Shown here one piece after another: positions 26,328-36,118 of a stretch of DNA of 64,000 nucleotides (position 1 is the stretch's first letter; every line of letters begins with the position of its first letter). A program made the translations under genes and the position numbers. The notes under the pieces were generated by a model. The model saw nothing but the letters and a program-made list of their open reading frames with translations, searched no databases and was not told the DNA's origin. Origin of the DNA: an uncultured Alphaproteobacteria bacterium (GTDB taxonomy: Bacteria; Pseudomonadota; Alphaproteobacteria; Rhizobiales; Beijerinckiaceae); contig CAVXVZ010000011.1 of the NCBI GenBank assembly GCA_963765375.1, forward strand, positions 272,956 through 336,955, in the 5' to 3' direction.

Positions 26328-27315
26328 GTCTTTCCGCCGCCCGCTCGCAATCCTGGCGCTAGTCATTGGCCTCGGATTGGTCGGAGCGTTCGTCTATCGC
26401 CCGTGGGAAGCGATCGGGGCGGCGCCCGCCCCGATCGTCGGGGTCGTGCATCAGACCGAAATCCGCGTCGCCCCGGAAATAAATGCCCGCGTGGAGTCGT
26501 TTCGGGTCAGCGCCGGACAAACGGTGCGCAAGGGCGACACCCTGGCGATGCTGAGCAGCCCCGAGCTTGCCGCTGCGGTCGAGCAAGCCAAGGCCAGCCT
26601 TGCCTCAGCGGACGCCAATCGGGCCAATGTCTATGCGGGCGTCCGCCAGGAGGAAATCGATACGGCGGCACAAGACGTTCGCATCGCCGACGCCAACCTC
26701 GCGCTCGCTCAGCAACAGCACGAGCGCGCCGCGAAACTTGCGGCCAAGGATTTCGTGAGCAAGCAGCAACTAGACCAGGCCACGGAAGCGCTCGGCAGCG
26801 CCGAAGCCGACTTCAGGCAGGTCCAGGCCGCTTACGCACGCAACAAGGCCGGTCCGACCAAGGAGGAGCGCGCGATCGCGGATGCGCAGGTCGCGTACGC
26901 CAAGGCGGCGCTCGCGGACATCGAGGCGAAGCTCGCCAAGGCCACGCTCGTCGCTCCGGTCGACGGCGTCGTGACCCTGCTCGTGGCCGAACTTGGCGAG
27001 GTCGTCTCTCCCGGACAGCCGGTTCTGACCCTGGCGCCAGCGAACGAGCGCTGGTTCACGTTCACGATCCGCGAGAACTTGCTCTCGGGAGTGACTGTCG
27101 GCTCAGCTGTGCGGCTGCGGACAGCGAAAGGCGACCGGATCGACGCCAGAGTCACCGAGCTTCGACCGCTTGGCGAATTCGCGGTATGGCGCGCTGCTCG
27201 CGCGGTCGACGATCATGACCTCAACAGCTTCCTCCTCCGCGCCGACCCTGACGAGGAGGTTCGATCCGTGGAGCCGGGAATGACGGTCTGGATCGACCGC
27301 GGCTCGACGAACTGA
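26317..27315 (+). CDS. HlyD-family secretion/adaptor protein (second copy)
   Basis: ATG at 26317 (MARKSFRRPLAILALVIGLGLVGAFVY...) overlaps the permease end by 11 nt. It has ARVESFRVSAGQTVRKGDTLAMLSSPEL, a coiled coil, and VAPVDGVVTLLVAELGEVVSPGQPVLTLA. Confidence 0.85.
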   Translation: MARKSFRRPLAILALVIGLGLVGAFVYRPWEAIGAAPAPIVGVVHQTEIRVAPEINARVESFRVSAGQTVRKGDTLAMLSSPELAAAVEQAKASLASADANRANVYAGVRQEEIDTAAQDVRIADANLALAQQQHERAAKLAAKDFVSKQQLDQATEALGSAEADFRQVQAAYARNKAGPTKEERAIADAQVAYAKAALADIEAKLAKATLVAPVDGVVTLLVAELGEVVSPGQPVLTLAPANERWFTFTIRENLLSGVTVGSAVRLRTAKGDRIDARVTELRPLGEFAVWRAARAVDDHDLNSFLLRADPDEEVRSVEPGMTVWIDRGSTN

Positions 27316-27632
27316 GACCGCGAACGACATTGCCCGGGTCCCCCGGCGCGGGGCCTCGCCTGCTCCGCCATCGGGTGATGCTGTCAGCCCGGAGATCCGA
27401 TCCATCCACCTCGGAACCGGCGCGCACGGCTCATCAGCCTTTTCCTCGGCTGGGTATTCATACGCATTGCCACCCCGTCAGCCTCGCGGCATCCTCCTGG
27501 AGGTCGCGCCTCGGCCCCCGGCGGCTCGCACACGAGCGCGCGTCTGGCCCCGCGCTGATTCGCCTTGGCGCGGGGCCTCCGCTCCCCGCGGCGCCCGGCG
27601 ATGATTTGGCCACTCCGGGCTCTGAGCCGCTG

Positions 27633-29240
27633 CTACAAGACAGCGGCGGGAAGTGGCTTATTGCCCAGAATGACGTCCGAGGCCTTCTCCGCCACCATGA
27701 TCGTCGGCGCATTTGTGTTGCAGGAGGGGACGAAGGGCATGACGGATGCATCGACAACTCTGAGGCGGTCGATCCCGCGAAGTTTGAGATCGGGCGTCAC
27801 AACCGCTTCCGGCCCGGCCCCCATGGCGCATGTGCCGGCCGGGTGATGGTCCGTTTTGCAGGACCGATAGGCGTACTGAGCGAGCTCCTCGTCGGTATTC
27901 AGATTGTCGCCCGGTAAACGTTCGGCGAGGACATAGGGCTTCAACGCCGGCTGGCGCAAAATCTCGCGCGCAAGCCTCAAGCCTCTCAATGCGCACATGC
28001 GATCGAATGGGTCCGCCCAGTAGTTCGGGTCGATCAGCGGAGCCGCCTTCGGATCGGCGCTCCGGAGCCGCACCGTCCCGCGCGACCGTGGGCGAAGGAA
28101 CGCGGAGTTGAGGGTGACGCCGGGGTTCTTCATCTGTTCAACGCCCGCTTCGATGCCCGATCCCAGTCCGAGATGGAACTGGATGTCGGGGGATCTCGCT
28201 CCCTTGTCCGCGTACCAGAACCCGCCGGTTTCAAAGAGCGTGGAGGTCACAGGCCCCGTCTTGAACAGGAGATACTGGATACCGGCCCAGACGGTGCGAT
28301 GCGGCTGGGCGACCCGGTCGTAGGTGTGATCGCCGGTGCATTCCGAGATCGCATAGAGATCGAGATGGTCCTGCATATTGCTTCCCACGCCCGGAAGGTC
28401 GTGGACGACCGTCACCCCTGCAGCCTTCAGCGCGTCCGCAGGGCCGATCCCGGAAAGCTGCAGCAAGCGCGGCGAGCCGATCGCGCCGCAACTCACGATC
28501 ACTTCTCGATCCGCGCGCAGGCTCTCCGTTCCATTTCCTTGCGCGATCGTGGCGCCGACGGCGCGGCCGTTCTCGATCTCGATCTTCAGCGTTTGCGCGT
28601 GCAAACGCACAGTCAGGTTCTTGCGCTCTCTCGCCGGCCTCAGGAACGCGTTCGACGCCGAGGACCGCTGTGCGTTCCGGGTCGAAAGTTGATAGTGACC
28701 GATGCCATCTTGCACCGCGCCGTTGAAATCGTCGTTGAACGGGATACCGGCTTCCTGGGCCGCGCGCAGGAATGCGAAACTGATCGGCAAGGGATTAACG
28801 GGATAAGAGACGCCTAACGGCCCGCCGTAGCCATGGTATGCGTTGACGAGGCGCTGATTGTCCTCGCTGCGAACGAAATATGGCAGCGCTTCACGATAGC
28901 TCCAGCCTTTGCAGCCAGCCTCGCTTACCCAAGCGTCGTAATCCTTGGCGTTGCCGCGTGTGTAGAGCTGCGCGTTGATCGAGGAGCCGCCGCCGATGAC
29001 CTTGGCTTGCGTGTACCGGATGACGCGACCGTTGAGATGTTCTTGCGGGACCGTGCTCCAGCCCCAGCTCGCCACGCCCTTGGTCATCTTCGCGAAGCCC
29101 GCCGGCATGGCGAAAAGCGGATTCCAGTCTCCCCCGCCGGCTTCCAGCAGCAGGACCTTCGTGGTTGGGTCAGCGCTCAGGCGATTTGCCAGAACGCAAC
29201 CCGCGGGACCTCCGCCGATGATGATGAAGTCGTAGGCCAT
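27633..29240 (-). CDS. GMC-family FAD oxidoreductase (choline/alcohol dehydrogenase-like)
   Basis: 535 aa. It has YDFIIIGGGPAGCVLANRLSADPTTKVLLLEAGG, the GMC signature GGSSINAQLYTRG, and a C-terminal HPAGTCAMG...VVDASVMP. Confidence 0.9.
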   Translation of the reverse strand: MAYDFIIIGGGPAGCVLANRLSADPTTKVLLLEAGGGDWNPLFAMPAGFAKMTKGVASWGWSTVPQEHLNGRVIRYTQAKVIGGGSSINAQLYTRGNAKDYDAWVSEAGCKGWSYREALPYFVRSEDNQRLVNAYHGYGGPLGVSYPVNPLPISFAFLRAAQEAGIPFNDDFNGAVQDGIGHYQLSTRNAQRSSASNAFLRPARERKNLTVRLHAQTLKIEIENGRAVGATIAQGNGTESLRADREVIVSCGAIGSPRLLQLSGIGPADALKAAGVTVVHDLPGVGSNMQDHLDLYAISECTGDHTYDRVAQPHRTVWAGIQYLLFKTGPVTSTLFETGGFWYADKGARSPDIQFHLGLGSGIEAGVEQMKNPGVTLNSAFLRPRSRGTVRLRSADPKAAPLIDPNYWADPFDRMCALRGLRLAREILRQPALKPYVLAERLPGDNLNTDEELAQYAYRSCKTDHHPAGTCAMGAGPEAVVTPDLKLRGIDRLRVVDASVMPFVPSCNTNAPTIMVAEKASDVILGNKPLPAAVL

Positions 29241-29250
29241 CGTTCCTTTC

Positions 29251-30759
29251 CTAAATTCGTCGAAGATCGTTCTTCGCGATATGGTCCGCGACGCGAAGCG
29301 CCTGCGCGGCGACGGTCAGAGATGGATTGACCGCGGCGGACGTCGGCAAGAAGGAGGCGTCGACGACGAACAGGTTCGGATGGTCCCAGGCGCGGCAGAA
29401 GGGATCGAGGGGCGAGGTCGCGGGGTCGACGCCGATGCGAACGGTCCCGCACTGATGCGACGGCGTCCGACGGTCGAAAGGTCGCGAAAGGACGATTGGG
29501 TAGCCCGCCGAGCGCAAGCGATCCTTGAAAGCCTCGACGAGCATCTCGTGGGTCGTCCAGTTGCTTCGCTTCCAGTCCAGACGGATCTGGCCGCCGCCGA
29601 CCGTGACCCGGCTCTCCGGATTCGGCAGGTCCTCGCTCATCGCGTACCAGTCGACCGAGCGCCTGCTTATCGGTCCGAGCGCCCATTCCGGGGCCAGGCG
29701 GATGCTCGACTTGAGGATGGGGGCAGTGACGCGCCCGAGGAGCTGGATGTTGCCGAGCGGCGGCCCGCCGCGCCCGTCATCGAGATAAAAATCATTGATC
29801 CCCAGAGTTTTTTGATAGACTGAGTCGTTGACGACGCGCGGATCGATCGCCACCACCGCGGACGCGTTGTGGTTCATGAAATGCCGACCGACCGCGTCGG
29901 AACGATTTGCGAGGCCGCTTTCCCCAGATTGCAGCAGCAACGCGGCCGAATTGACGGCGCCCGCGGCGAGTACGACGAGCTTCGCGGCGATTATGCCGCG
30001 CTCCCCGCCCCACAGGACCTCGACTCCAGCGATACCCCCGCCGCTGGGCTCGGCAATCAACCGTTCGACGCGCGCGTTGGTCCGAAGCTCGACGTTCGGG
30101 TGCGCCAATGCTTCTTCGACGCCGCAGTTCTCTGCGTCCATCTTGCCGTGCCCGGCGTCGGGAAATGCATCCCATGGGGTCTTCGCGCGTTGCAGCCATT
30201 TCACGATGTCGACGCCAAGCGGCAACGGAAACGGGCTGAGGCCCGCGCCCTTCAGGCGTTCGCGGACTTTTGCAATCGCTGGTTCATCTGGCACGGGGCC
30301 AAATGAATAGGGCTTCGAATGTCGCGGCTCGGTGCGATCGAAGCCCACCGCGCCGCGGACCCGGTAGAGCTTTTCCGCGGCAGTATACCAAGGCTCCAAC
30401 TCTTCGTAGGAGAACGGCCAGCCGGGCGTCGTTCCACCGCGATGAACGATTGGCTCGAAGTCTTGCGCTCGATAGCGGATAAGCACCGCTCCGTACAATT
30501 TGGTATTGCCGCCGACGTAATAGTAGTTGCCCGGATTGAACGGCCGTCCAGCGCCGTCGAGCCAGGATTCCCTGGGCCTGAATGTCCCCTGCTGGAAAAT
30601 CGCTCGCGCGTCCCGAACAGCGTCACTGTCTGCGAGCCGCTCGCCACGCTCGAGGATGAGGATCCTCGCCCCGGAGGGCGCCAGGCCAGCAGCGAACGTC
30701 GCGCCCCCCATTCCCGACCCGACGACCAGGACGTCTACTTCTTCCCGGCCTGGCATCAA
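29251..30759 (-). CDS. GMC-family oxidoreductase, divergent second copy
   Basis: 502 aa. It has VDVLVVGSGMGGATFAAGLAPSGARILILERG and a C-terminal SHQCGTVRIG...NLFVVDASFLPTSAAVNPSLTVAAQALRVA. Confidence 0.85.
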   Translation of the reverse strand: MMPGREEVDVLVVGSGMGGATFAAGLAPSGARILILERGERLADSDAVRDARAIFQQGTFRPRESWLDGAGRPFNPGNYYYVGGNTKLYGAVLIRYRAQDFEPIVHRGGTTPGWPFSYEELEPWYTAAEKLYRVRGAVGFDRTEPRHSKPYSFGPVPDEPAIAKVRERLKGAGLSPFPLPLGVDIVKWLQRAKTPWDAFPDAGHGKMDAENCGVEEALAHPNVELRTNARVERLIAEPSGGGIAGVEVLWGGERGIIAAKLVVLAAGAVNSAALLLQSGESGLANRSDAVGRHFMNHNASAVVAIDPRVVNDSVYQKTLGINDFYLDDGRGGPPLGNIQLLGRVTAPILKSSIRLAPEWALGPISRRSVDWYAMSEDLPNPESRVTVGGGQIRLDWKRSNWTTHEMLVEAFKDRLRSAGYPIVLSRPFDRRTPSHQCGTVRIGVDPATSPLDPFCRAWDHPNLFVVDASFLPTSAAVNPSLTVAAQALRVADHIAKNDLRRI

Positions 30760-30830
30760 ATCCTCTCTCGGCGTCAGCTTCTTAGCGCGTGCGGACGCCG
30801 GCCGTCGGCGTCCCGTTCGCGTCGCCTGGG

Positions 30831-31943
30831 TCAGATTCGTCGGGTGGTCGAGGGATCGAAGAGCACCGCCTTGTCGAGGTTGAACGCGAACGCGTGGCGC
30901 TCCCCGACGCGGACATCCGCGTCCGCGCGCATGCGCGCCGTCACTTCCTTGCCGGCGATATGGGTGACAACGAAAGTGTCCGAGCCCGCCGGTTCGACGA
31001 TCTCGACATTGGCGTCGAACATCGCTACCGACTTCGCGTTGCGGTCGACGCTTTCTCGGTCGTTCACGGCCTCCGGCCGAATGCCGAAGATCACTTTGCG
31101 GCCGTCGGCGAGCTTGCTCGTATCCGCGCCCGACGGCGCAGGGACCACGATCGGCTCGTGATCCTTGCGCTCGAGCACGACGCTAGGCGCACCATTTGCG
31201 TGGGCGACGCGACCCTCGAGCAGGTTCATCGCCGGCGAGCCCATGAAGTCGGCCACGAACAAATTCGCGGGCGTATTATAGATCTCAGTCGGCGTGCCGA
31301 CCTGCTGGAGCTCGCCGTCCTTCAAGACGGCGATCCGGGTGGCAAGCGTCATCGCCTCGATCTGGTCATGCGTTACGTAGACGATCGTCGCGCCAGTCTG
31401 TTGATGAAGCCGCTTGATCTCCACCCGCATGTCGACGCGGAGCTTCGCGTCAAGGTTGGATAAAGGCTCATCGAACAGAAACACGCGTGGCTGACGCACG
31501 AGCGCGCGACCCATGGCGACGCGCTGTCGCTGGCCGCCGGAGAGTTGGCTCGGACGGCGCGACAGCAGGTGCTCGATCTTGAGCGTCTTGGCGACGTCGG
31601 CCACCGCCGTGTCGCGTTGCGGCTTCGGCACCCCGCGCATTTCCATGCCGAAGGCGATGTTCTGCGCCACCGACATGTTCGGATAGAGCGCGTACGACTG
31701 GAAGACCATCGCGATGTCGCGCTTCGACGGGTGAAGATCGTTGATCCTGTCGCCCTCGACGCGAATCTCGCCCGAGCTGATCGATTCGAGCCCTGCAATC
31801 GTGTTGAGGAGGGTCGACTTGCCGCAGCCGGACGGGCCGACCAGCACCAGAAAACCGCCCTTGTCGAGCGTAAGGTCGATGCCCTTGAGGATTTCGAGCG
31901 CGCCGAAGCGTTTGCGCAAGTCGCTGATCTCGAGGAAGGCCAT
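30831..31943 (-). CDS. Sugar ABC transporter ATP-binding protein (MalK/UgpC type)
   Basis: 370 aa with Walker A GPSGCGKST, signature LSGGQRQRVAMGRAL and Walker B VFLFDEPLSNLD, plus a C-terminal MalK-type regulatory domain. Confidence 0.93.
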   Translation of the reverse strand: MAFLEISDLRKRFGALEILKGIDLTLDKGGFLVLVGPSGCGKSTLLNTIAGLESISSGEIRVEGDRINDLHPSKRDIAMVFQSYALYPNMSVAQNIAFGMEMRGVPKPQRDTAVADVAKTLKIEHLLSRRPSQLSGGQRQRVAMGRALVRQPRVFLFDEPLSNLDAKLRVDMRVEIKRLHQQTGATIVYVTHDQIEAMTLATRIAVLKDGELQQVGTPTEIYNTPANLFVADFMGSPAMNLLEGRVAHANGAPSVVLERKDHEPIVVPAPSGADTSKLADGRKVIFGIRPEAVNDRESVDRNAKSVAMFDANVEIVEPAGSDTFVVTHIAGKEVTARMRADADVRVGERHAFAFNLDKAVLFDPSTTRRI

Positions 31944-31947
31944 GGAA

Positions 31948-32895
31948 TCAACCTTTCACGGCGCCGGCCATCAGGCCGCGCACGAAGTACCGGCCGGCGA
32001 CAATGTAGACGAGGAGAGTGGGAGCGGCAGCGATGATCGCCGCAGCCATGTTCACGTTGTACTCGACGATCCCGGTCGAGGTGTTGACGAGATTGTTGAG
32101 CGCGACCGTCATGGGCGACTGGTCGCCCGCGGCGAAGGTCGACCCGAACAGAAAGTCGTTCCAGATGTTGGTGAACTGGTAAATCACGGTCACGATGAAA
32201 ATCGGCGCGGAATTCGGCAGCAAAATGCGGCGGAATATCTGGAAGAAGCTCGCGCCGTCGATCATCGCCGCCTTCACGAGTTCGGTCGGGAACGCCTCGT
32301 AATAATTGCGAAAGAACAGCGTGGTGAAACCGAGGCCGTAGATGACGTGGACGATGACGAGATTGACCGTCGGGTTGCCGAAGCCAAAAGACATCCCGGT
32401 CAGATCAATCAGCTGATTGCCGATGCGGCCGAGCTCGCCCAGAATGACCGCCATTGGAATGATGACCGACTGGAAAGGGATAAAGCAGGCGAACAACATC
32501 ATTCCGAAGACGAGTTTGTGGCCGGGAAAGCGCCACTTGGTCAGCACGTAGCCGTTCAGGGCTCCAAGCAGGGTCGAGATCAGCACCGCTGGCACGACCA
32601 TCTTGATCGAGTTCCAGAAGTAGCCCTTGATCCCGGCGGTCTCGGAAACGCCGATGCGAGCTTCGCCCCATGCCTGCACCCAAGGATCGAAGGTCGGATG
32701 ATGTGGCGGGGCGAACATGTTCCCGCCCGTCACCTCGTCGAGCGGTTTCAGCGACGTCATCACCATGACAACGAGCGGCACGATGTAGATCAACGCGAAA
32801 AAGGCCAGGAGCCCGTAGATGACGGCGCGCGTGGTCGCCGAGTGGCGCGCCGGCTCGCGAACGGGGGCCGAAAGCACGAGATCGGCGGCGCTCAT
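31948..32895 (-). CDS. Carbohydrate ABC transporter permease
   Basis: Real start is the ATG at 32895 (MSAADLVLSAP...), an ATGA overlap with the upstream stop. The EAA-loop region is AAMIDGASFFQIFRRILLPNSAP. Confidence 0.88.
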   Translation of the reverse strand: MSAADLVLSAPVREPARHSATTRAVIYGLLAFFALIYIVPLVVMVMTSLKPLDEVTGGNMFAPPHHPTFDPWVQAWGEARIGVSETAGIKGYFWNSIKMVVPAVLISTLLGALNGYVLTKWRFPGHKLVFGMMLFACFIPFQSVIIPMAVILGELGRIGNQLIDLTGMSFGFGNPTVNLVIVHVIYGLGFTTLFFRNYYEAFPTELVKAAMIDGASFFQIFRRILLPNSAPIFIVTVIYQFTNIWNDFLFGSTFAAGDQSPMTVALNNLVNTSTGIVEYNVNMAAAIIAAAPTLLVYIVAGRYFVRGLMAGAVKG

Positions 32896-33836
32896 TGATG
32901 CTTCTCCCGCAGCTCGGAGTAGAGATAGGGGATCATGATCGCGGCGATGGTCATCAGCATGATGACCGCGCTGGTCGAGCCGACCGCCATCTGGTTGCGG
33001 GTGAAGGTGTAGGAATACATGAAGGTGGACGGCAGCTCCGCCGCCCCGCCCGGGTTCTTGCCGGTCACCGAGAGCACCAGATCGTAAGACTTGATCGCCA
33101 TATGGGCGAGCACGATGATGGCGGAGAGGAACACCGGCCGCATGATCGGTAACACTATGCGCCAATAGGTAGCGAACGCCGAGGCGCCGTCGATCTGCGC
33201 CGCCTTGAGAATTTCGCCGTCGATGCCGCGCAGGCCGGCAAGAAACATCGCCATCACGAATCCAGAAGTCTGCCAGATGCCGGCGATGGCGACGCAATAA
33301 ATCATCATCCGCGGATTGACGACCCAGTCGAACTTGAAACTCGTCCAGCCCCAGTCATGAACCGCCTTCTCGAGCCCGATGCCGGGATCGAGAAAGAGCT
33401 TCCAGGCCGTTCCGGTGACGATGAATGAAAGCGCCAGTGGATAAAGATATATCGGGCGCAGGATTCCCTCACCGCGAATCTTCTGATCAAGAAGGATCGC
33501 CAGAGTGAGACCCAGGATCAGGCAGAATACGACATACAGTCCGCCGAACAGGCCCATGTTGACTATCGCCGTGTACCAGCTCGACGGGGGGTCGGTTTCG
33601 AAGGTCCAATTCCAGAGCTTCTGATAATTGGCGAGGCCAATGAGCTTGGTCGAAGTGAAGCCCTTTGAGTTGGTGAAGGACAGAAAGAACGTCCAGAGAT
33701 TGAATCCGTAGACGAAGATCAGCACGAGAAGGAAGGACGGCGCGAGCACGAGGCGCGGCAAATAGTGCTGGAGCTTGTCACGAATCGTGGCGTTCTGCGG
33801 TTCTGCGACGGCGATTGGCGCAACGGAGATGGTCAT
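32892..33836 (-). CDS. Carbohydrate ABC transporter permease
   Basis: Probable start is the ATG at 33836 (MTISVAPIAV...). The EAA loop is AAQIDGASAFATYWRIVLPIMRP. Confidence 0.88.
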   Translation of the reverse strand: MTISVAPIAVAEPQNATIRDKLQHYLPRLVLAPSFLLVLIFVYGFNLWTFFLSFTNSKGFTSTKLIGLANYQKLWNWTFETDPPSSWYTAIVNMGLFGGLYVVFCLILGLTLAILLDQKIRGEGILRPIYLYPLALSFIVTGTAWKLFLDPGIGLEKAVHDWGWTSFKFDWVVNPRMMIYCVAIAGIWQTSGFVMAMFLAGLRGIDGEILKAAQIDGASAFATYWRIVLPIMRPVFLSAIIVLAHMAIKSYDLVLSVTGKNPGGAAELPSTFMYSYTFTRNQMAVGSTSAVIMLMTIAAIMIPYLYSELREKHQ

Positions 33837-33916
33837 GATCTGCCCCTGGGGATTCCTTTCCTCGAGCGAGATCTTCGAACGTCCTCTCCCGCAACGAGCG
33901 GGAGAGGGCGTCGGCG

Positions 33917-35182
33917 TCACTTGGCGTTGTTAAGCGCTTTGTCGAGTTCCGCGACGGCAGCGTCCGAACTCTTGATCTCGCCGTGGAAGAACTTGGTCAC
34001 GACGTCATGATAGGCTCCTGCGATCGCCGGAGGCTGCGCGTAGTTCTGCGCCATCGAGCCAACAAACTTGCCATCCGCGTTCGCGGCCTTCACGTCGGCA
34101 ATGCCCTTCTTGCCGCAGCTGTCGAAAGCGGTGTCGGGAACGTCCATGCGCGCGGGGACCGAACCCTTGACGACGTTGAACGCCGACTGGAAGCTGATGC
34201 TCATCGTGGCGTCGGCCAGCGCGAGCTGCGCCGCCTTACGATCCGCGGGAACGTTGAACATCGCGAACATGTCGGTGTTGTAGATCACTGAACCATCGGT
34301 ACCGGGGAAGCGATAGCAGAGGAAGTCCTTGTCCGCCTTTTGATTGGCGTTGACGAACTCGCCCTTGGCCCAGTCGCCCATCACCTGCACCAGCGCGTCG
34401 CCCTTGATCACCATCGCCGTGGCGAGGTTCCAGTCGCGGCCGGCATAGTTCGGGTCGGTATAGGCGCGCAGCTTGGCCAAGTTGTCGAACGCCTTCTTCA
34501 TCGTATCCGACTTCAGCGCGCTCTCGTCGAGATCGATGAACGCCTTCTTGTAGAAGTCGATGCCGCCGGTCGAGGCGACGACGAAGTCGAACAGGGTGGC
34601 TTCCTGCCAGGGCTGACCGCCGAGCGCGAGGGGAATGATTCCGGCCGTCTTGGCCTTGTCGAGCAGAGCGACGAATTCGTCGAAGGTCTTCGGCTGCGTA
34701 CCGCCAATCTTTTCCATTGCCGCCTTGTTGAGCCAAATCCAGTTGACGGAATGGATGTTAACGGGAACGGCGTCCCACTTTCCGTTGGTGGTGGTGAACT
34801 TCTGCAACGCCGTGGGAACGACCTTTGCCCAGCCCTCTTTGTCGGCGAGCGAAGTGATATCGCCGAGCTTGCCCGCTTCCGCATAGTCGACAGCGTAATA
34901 GCCGAGGATCTGCGAGGCAGTCGGCGGATTGCCGGCTGCAACCATCGCCTTCAGCGCCGTCATCGCGCCTTCGCCGCCGCCGCCTGCGACAGGAACGTCC
35001 TTCCAGGTATAGCCTTCCTTCGCCAGATCCTGCTTGAGAACGTTCAGCGCGGCCGCTTCGCCGCCGGACGTCCACCAATGCAGCATCTGAACTTCCTTGA
35101 CGTCAGCCGCCCCGGCCCCCGCCGCGAACCCGATCACCGAGACGGCCATCGCGCTGGCCATCAACGTGGTTTGAAGTTTCAT
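33917..35182 (-). CDS. Sugar ABC transporter periplasmic substrate-binding protein (glucose/mannose GtsA-like)
   Basis: 421 aa with signal peptide MKLQTTLMASAMAVSVIGFAAGAGAA, then VQMLHWWTSGGEAAALNVLKQDL... Confidence 0.85.
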   Translation of the reverse strand: MKLQTTLMASAMAVSVIGFAAGAGAADVKEVQMLHWWTSGGEAAALNVLKQDLAKEGYTWKDVPVAGGGGEGAMTALKAMVAAGNPPTASQILGYYAVDYAEAGKLGDITSLADKEGWAKVVPTALQKFTTTNGKWDAVPVNIHSVNWIWLNKAAMEKIGGTQPKTFDEFVALLDKAKTAGIIPLALGGQPWQEATLFDFVVASTGGIDFYKKAFIDLDESALKSDTMKKAFDNLAKLRAYTDPNYAGRDWNLATAMVIKGDALVQVMGDWAKGEFVNANQKADKDFLCYRFPGTDGSVIYNTDMFAMFNVPADRKAAQLALADATMSISFQSAFNVVKGSVPARMDVPDTAFDSCGKKGIADVKAANADGKFVGSMAQNYAQPPAIAGAYHDVVTKFFHGEIKSSDAAVAELDKALNNAK

Positions 35183-35344
35183 GTTCTACCCTTCCTAAAC
35201 GTCACTCTCCCGCCGGATGCGGTCCGGCCCCGTTCCCAGAAGCGATTCACACTTCCGATCCTAAATCCCCGCGCCGTGCCGCGGGAACGACCAACTCATT
35301 ATGGACGTGAAACGCCTCTTTCAATAGCGTTCATGAAGCTTATC

Positions 35345-36118
35345 TCATCGGCCGACAAAGGTCGGCGCCCGTTTATCCCGAAACGCTGCGACGCCCTCGG
35401 CGAGATCCTCAGTCGTTGCGGTCAAGGCGCCGGCCAGTCCTTCGATTGGAGCGTCACGATCCTCTCCTTCAGCGAAATTGATCATCGCTTTGATCATCTG
35501 CACCGCAACGGGGCCTCGCTTGGCGACGTCCGCGGCGATGGTCTCAGCGCGCACGACCCCTTCGCCCTTCCGAGTCACCTCGTCGACCAACCCGAGCGCG
35601 AGCGCCTCTTCAGCGGTAAACATTGCGCCCGCCAGCGCCATGCGCCGCACGACTGACGGTCCAAATCGCCGCACCAGTCTTTGGGTGCCGGACCAACCGG
35701 GCGCCATGCCGAGGCCAGACTCGGGAAGGCCGAGTTTGATCCCGCTTTCGGCAACGCGGATGTCCGCGACCGCGGCGAGCTCCAAGCCGCCGCCGAACGC
35801 GTGACCGGTCAGCGCGGCGATCAGGGGGACCCGTAGCCGCGCAAGCGCTTCGAAGGCGCGGTGCCCCGCGCGCGTCCAGTCGCGCCACATCTCCAACGCG
35901 GGAAGCCCGCCCCACGCGGCGATGTCGCCGCCAGCGCAAAAAGCTTTGCCGTCACCGGAAAGAATTGCAACTCGGGCGTCCCGCGAGGCCTCGATTGCGC
36001 GGGCGGCCTCAGCGAGCGCGTCGACCATCGCGCGATCGAGTGCGTTCAGCTTGTCAGCCCGCTTCATCGTGAGACGCGCGAGAGGGCCTTCAAACGTAAG
36101 CGCAACGAAAGGACTCAT
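35345..36118 (-). CDS. Enoyl-CoA hydratase/isomerase (crotonase) family protein
   Basis: Real start is the ATG at 36118 (MSPFVALTFEGPLARLTMKRADKLNAL...), an ATGA overlap with the CoA-transferase stop. It has the crotonase motifs AFCAGGDI and GHAFGGGLELAAVADIRVA. Confidence 0.88.
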   Translation of the reverse strand: MSPFVALTFEGPLARLTMKRADKLNALDRAMVDALAEAARAIEASRDARVAILSGDGKAFCAGGDIAAWGGLPALEMWRDWTRAGHRAFEALARLRVPLIAALTGHAFGGGLELAAVADIRVAESGIKLGLPESGLGMAPGWSGTQRLVRRFGPSVVRRMALAGAMFTAEEALALGLVDEVTRKGEGVVRAETIAADVAKRGPVAVQMIKAMINFAEGEDRDAPIEGLAGALTATTEDLAEGVAAFRDKRAPTFVGR

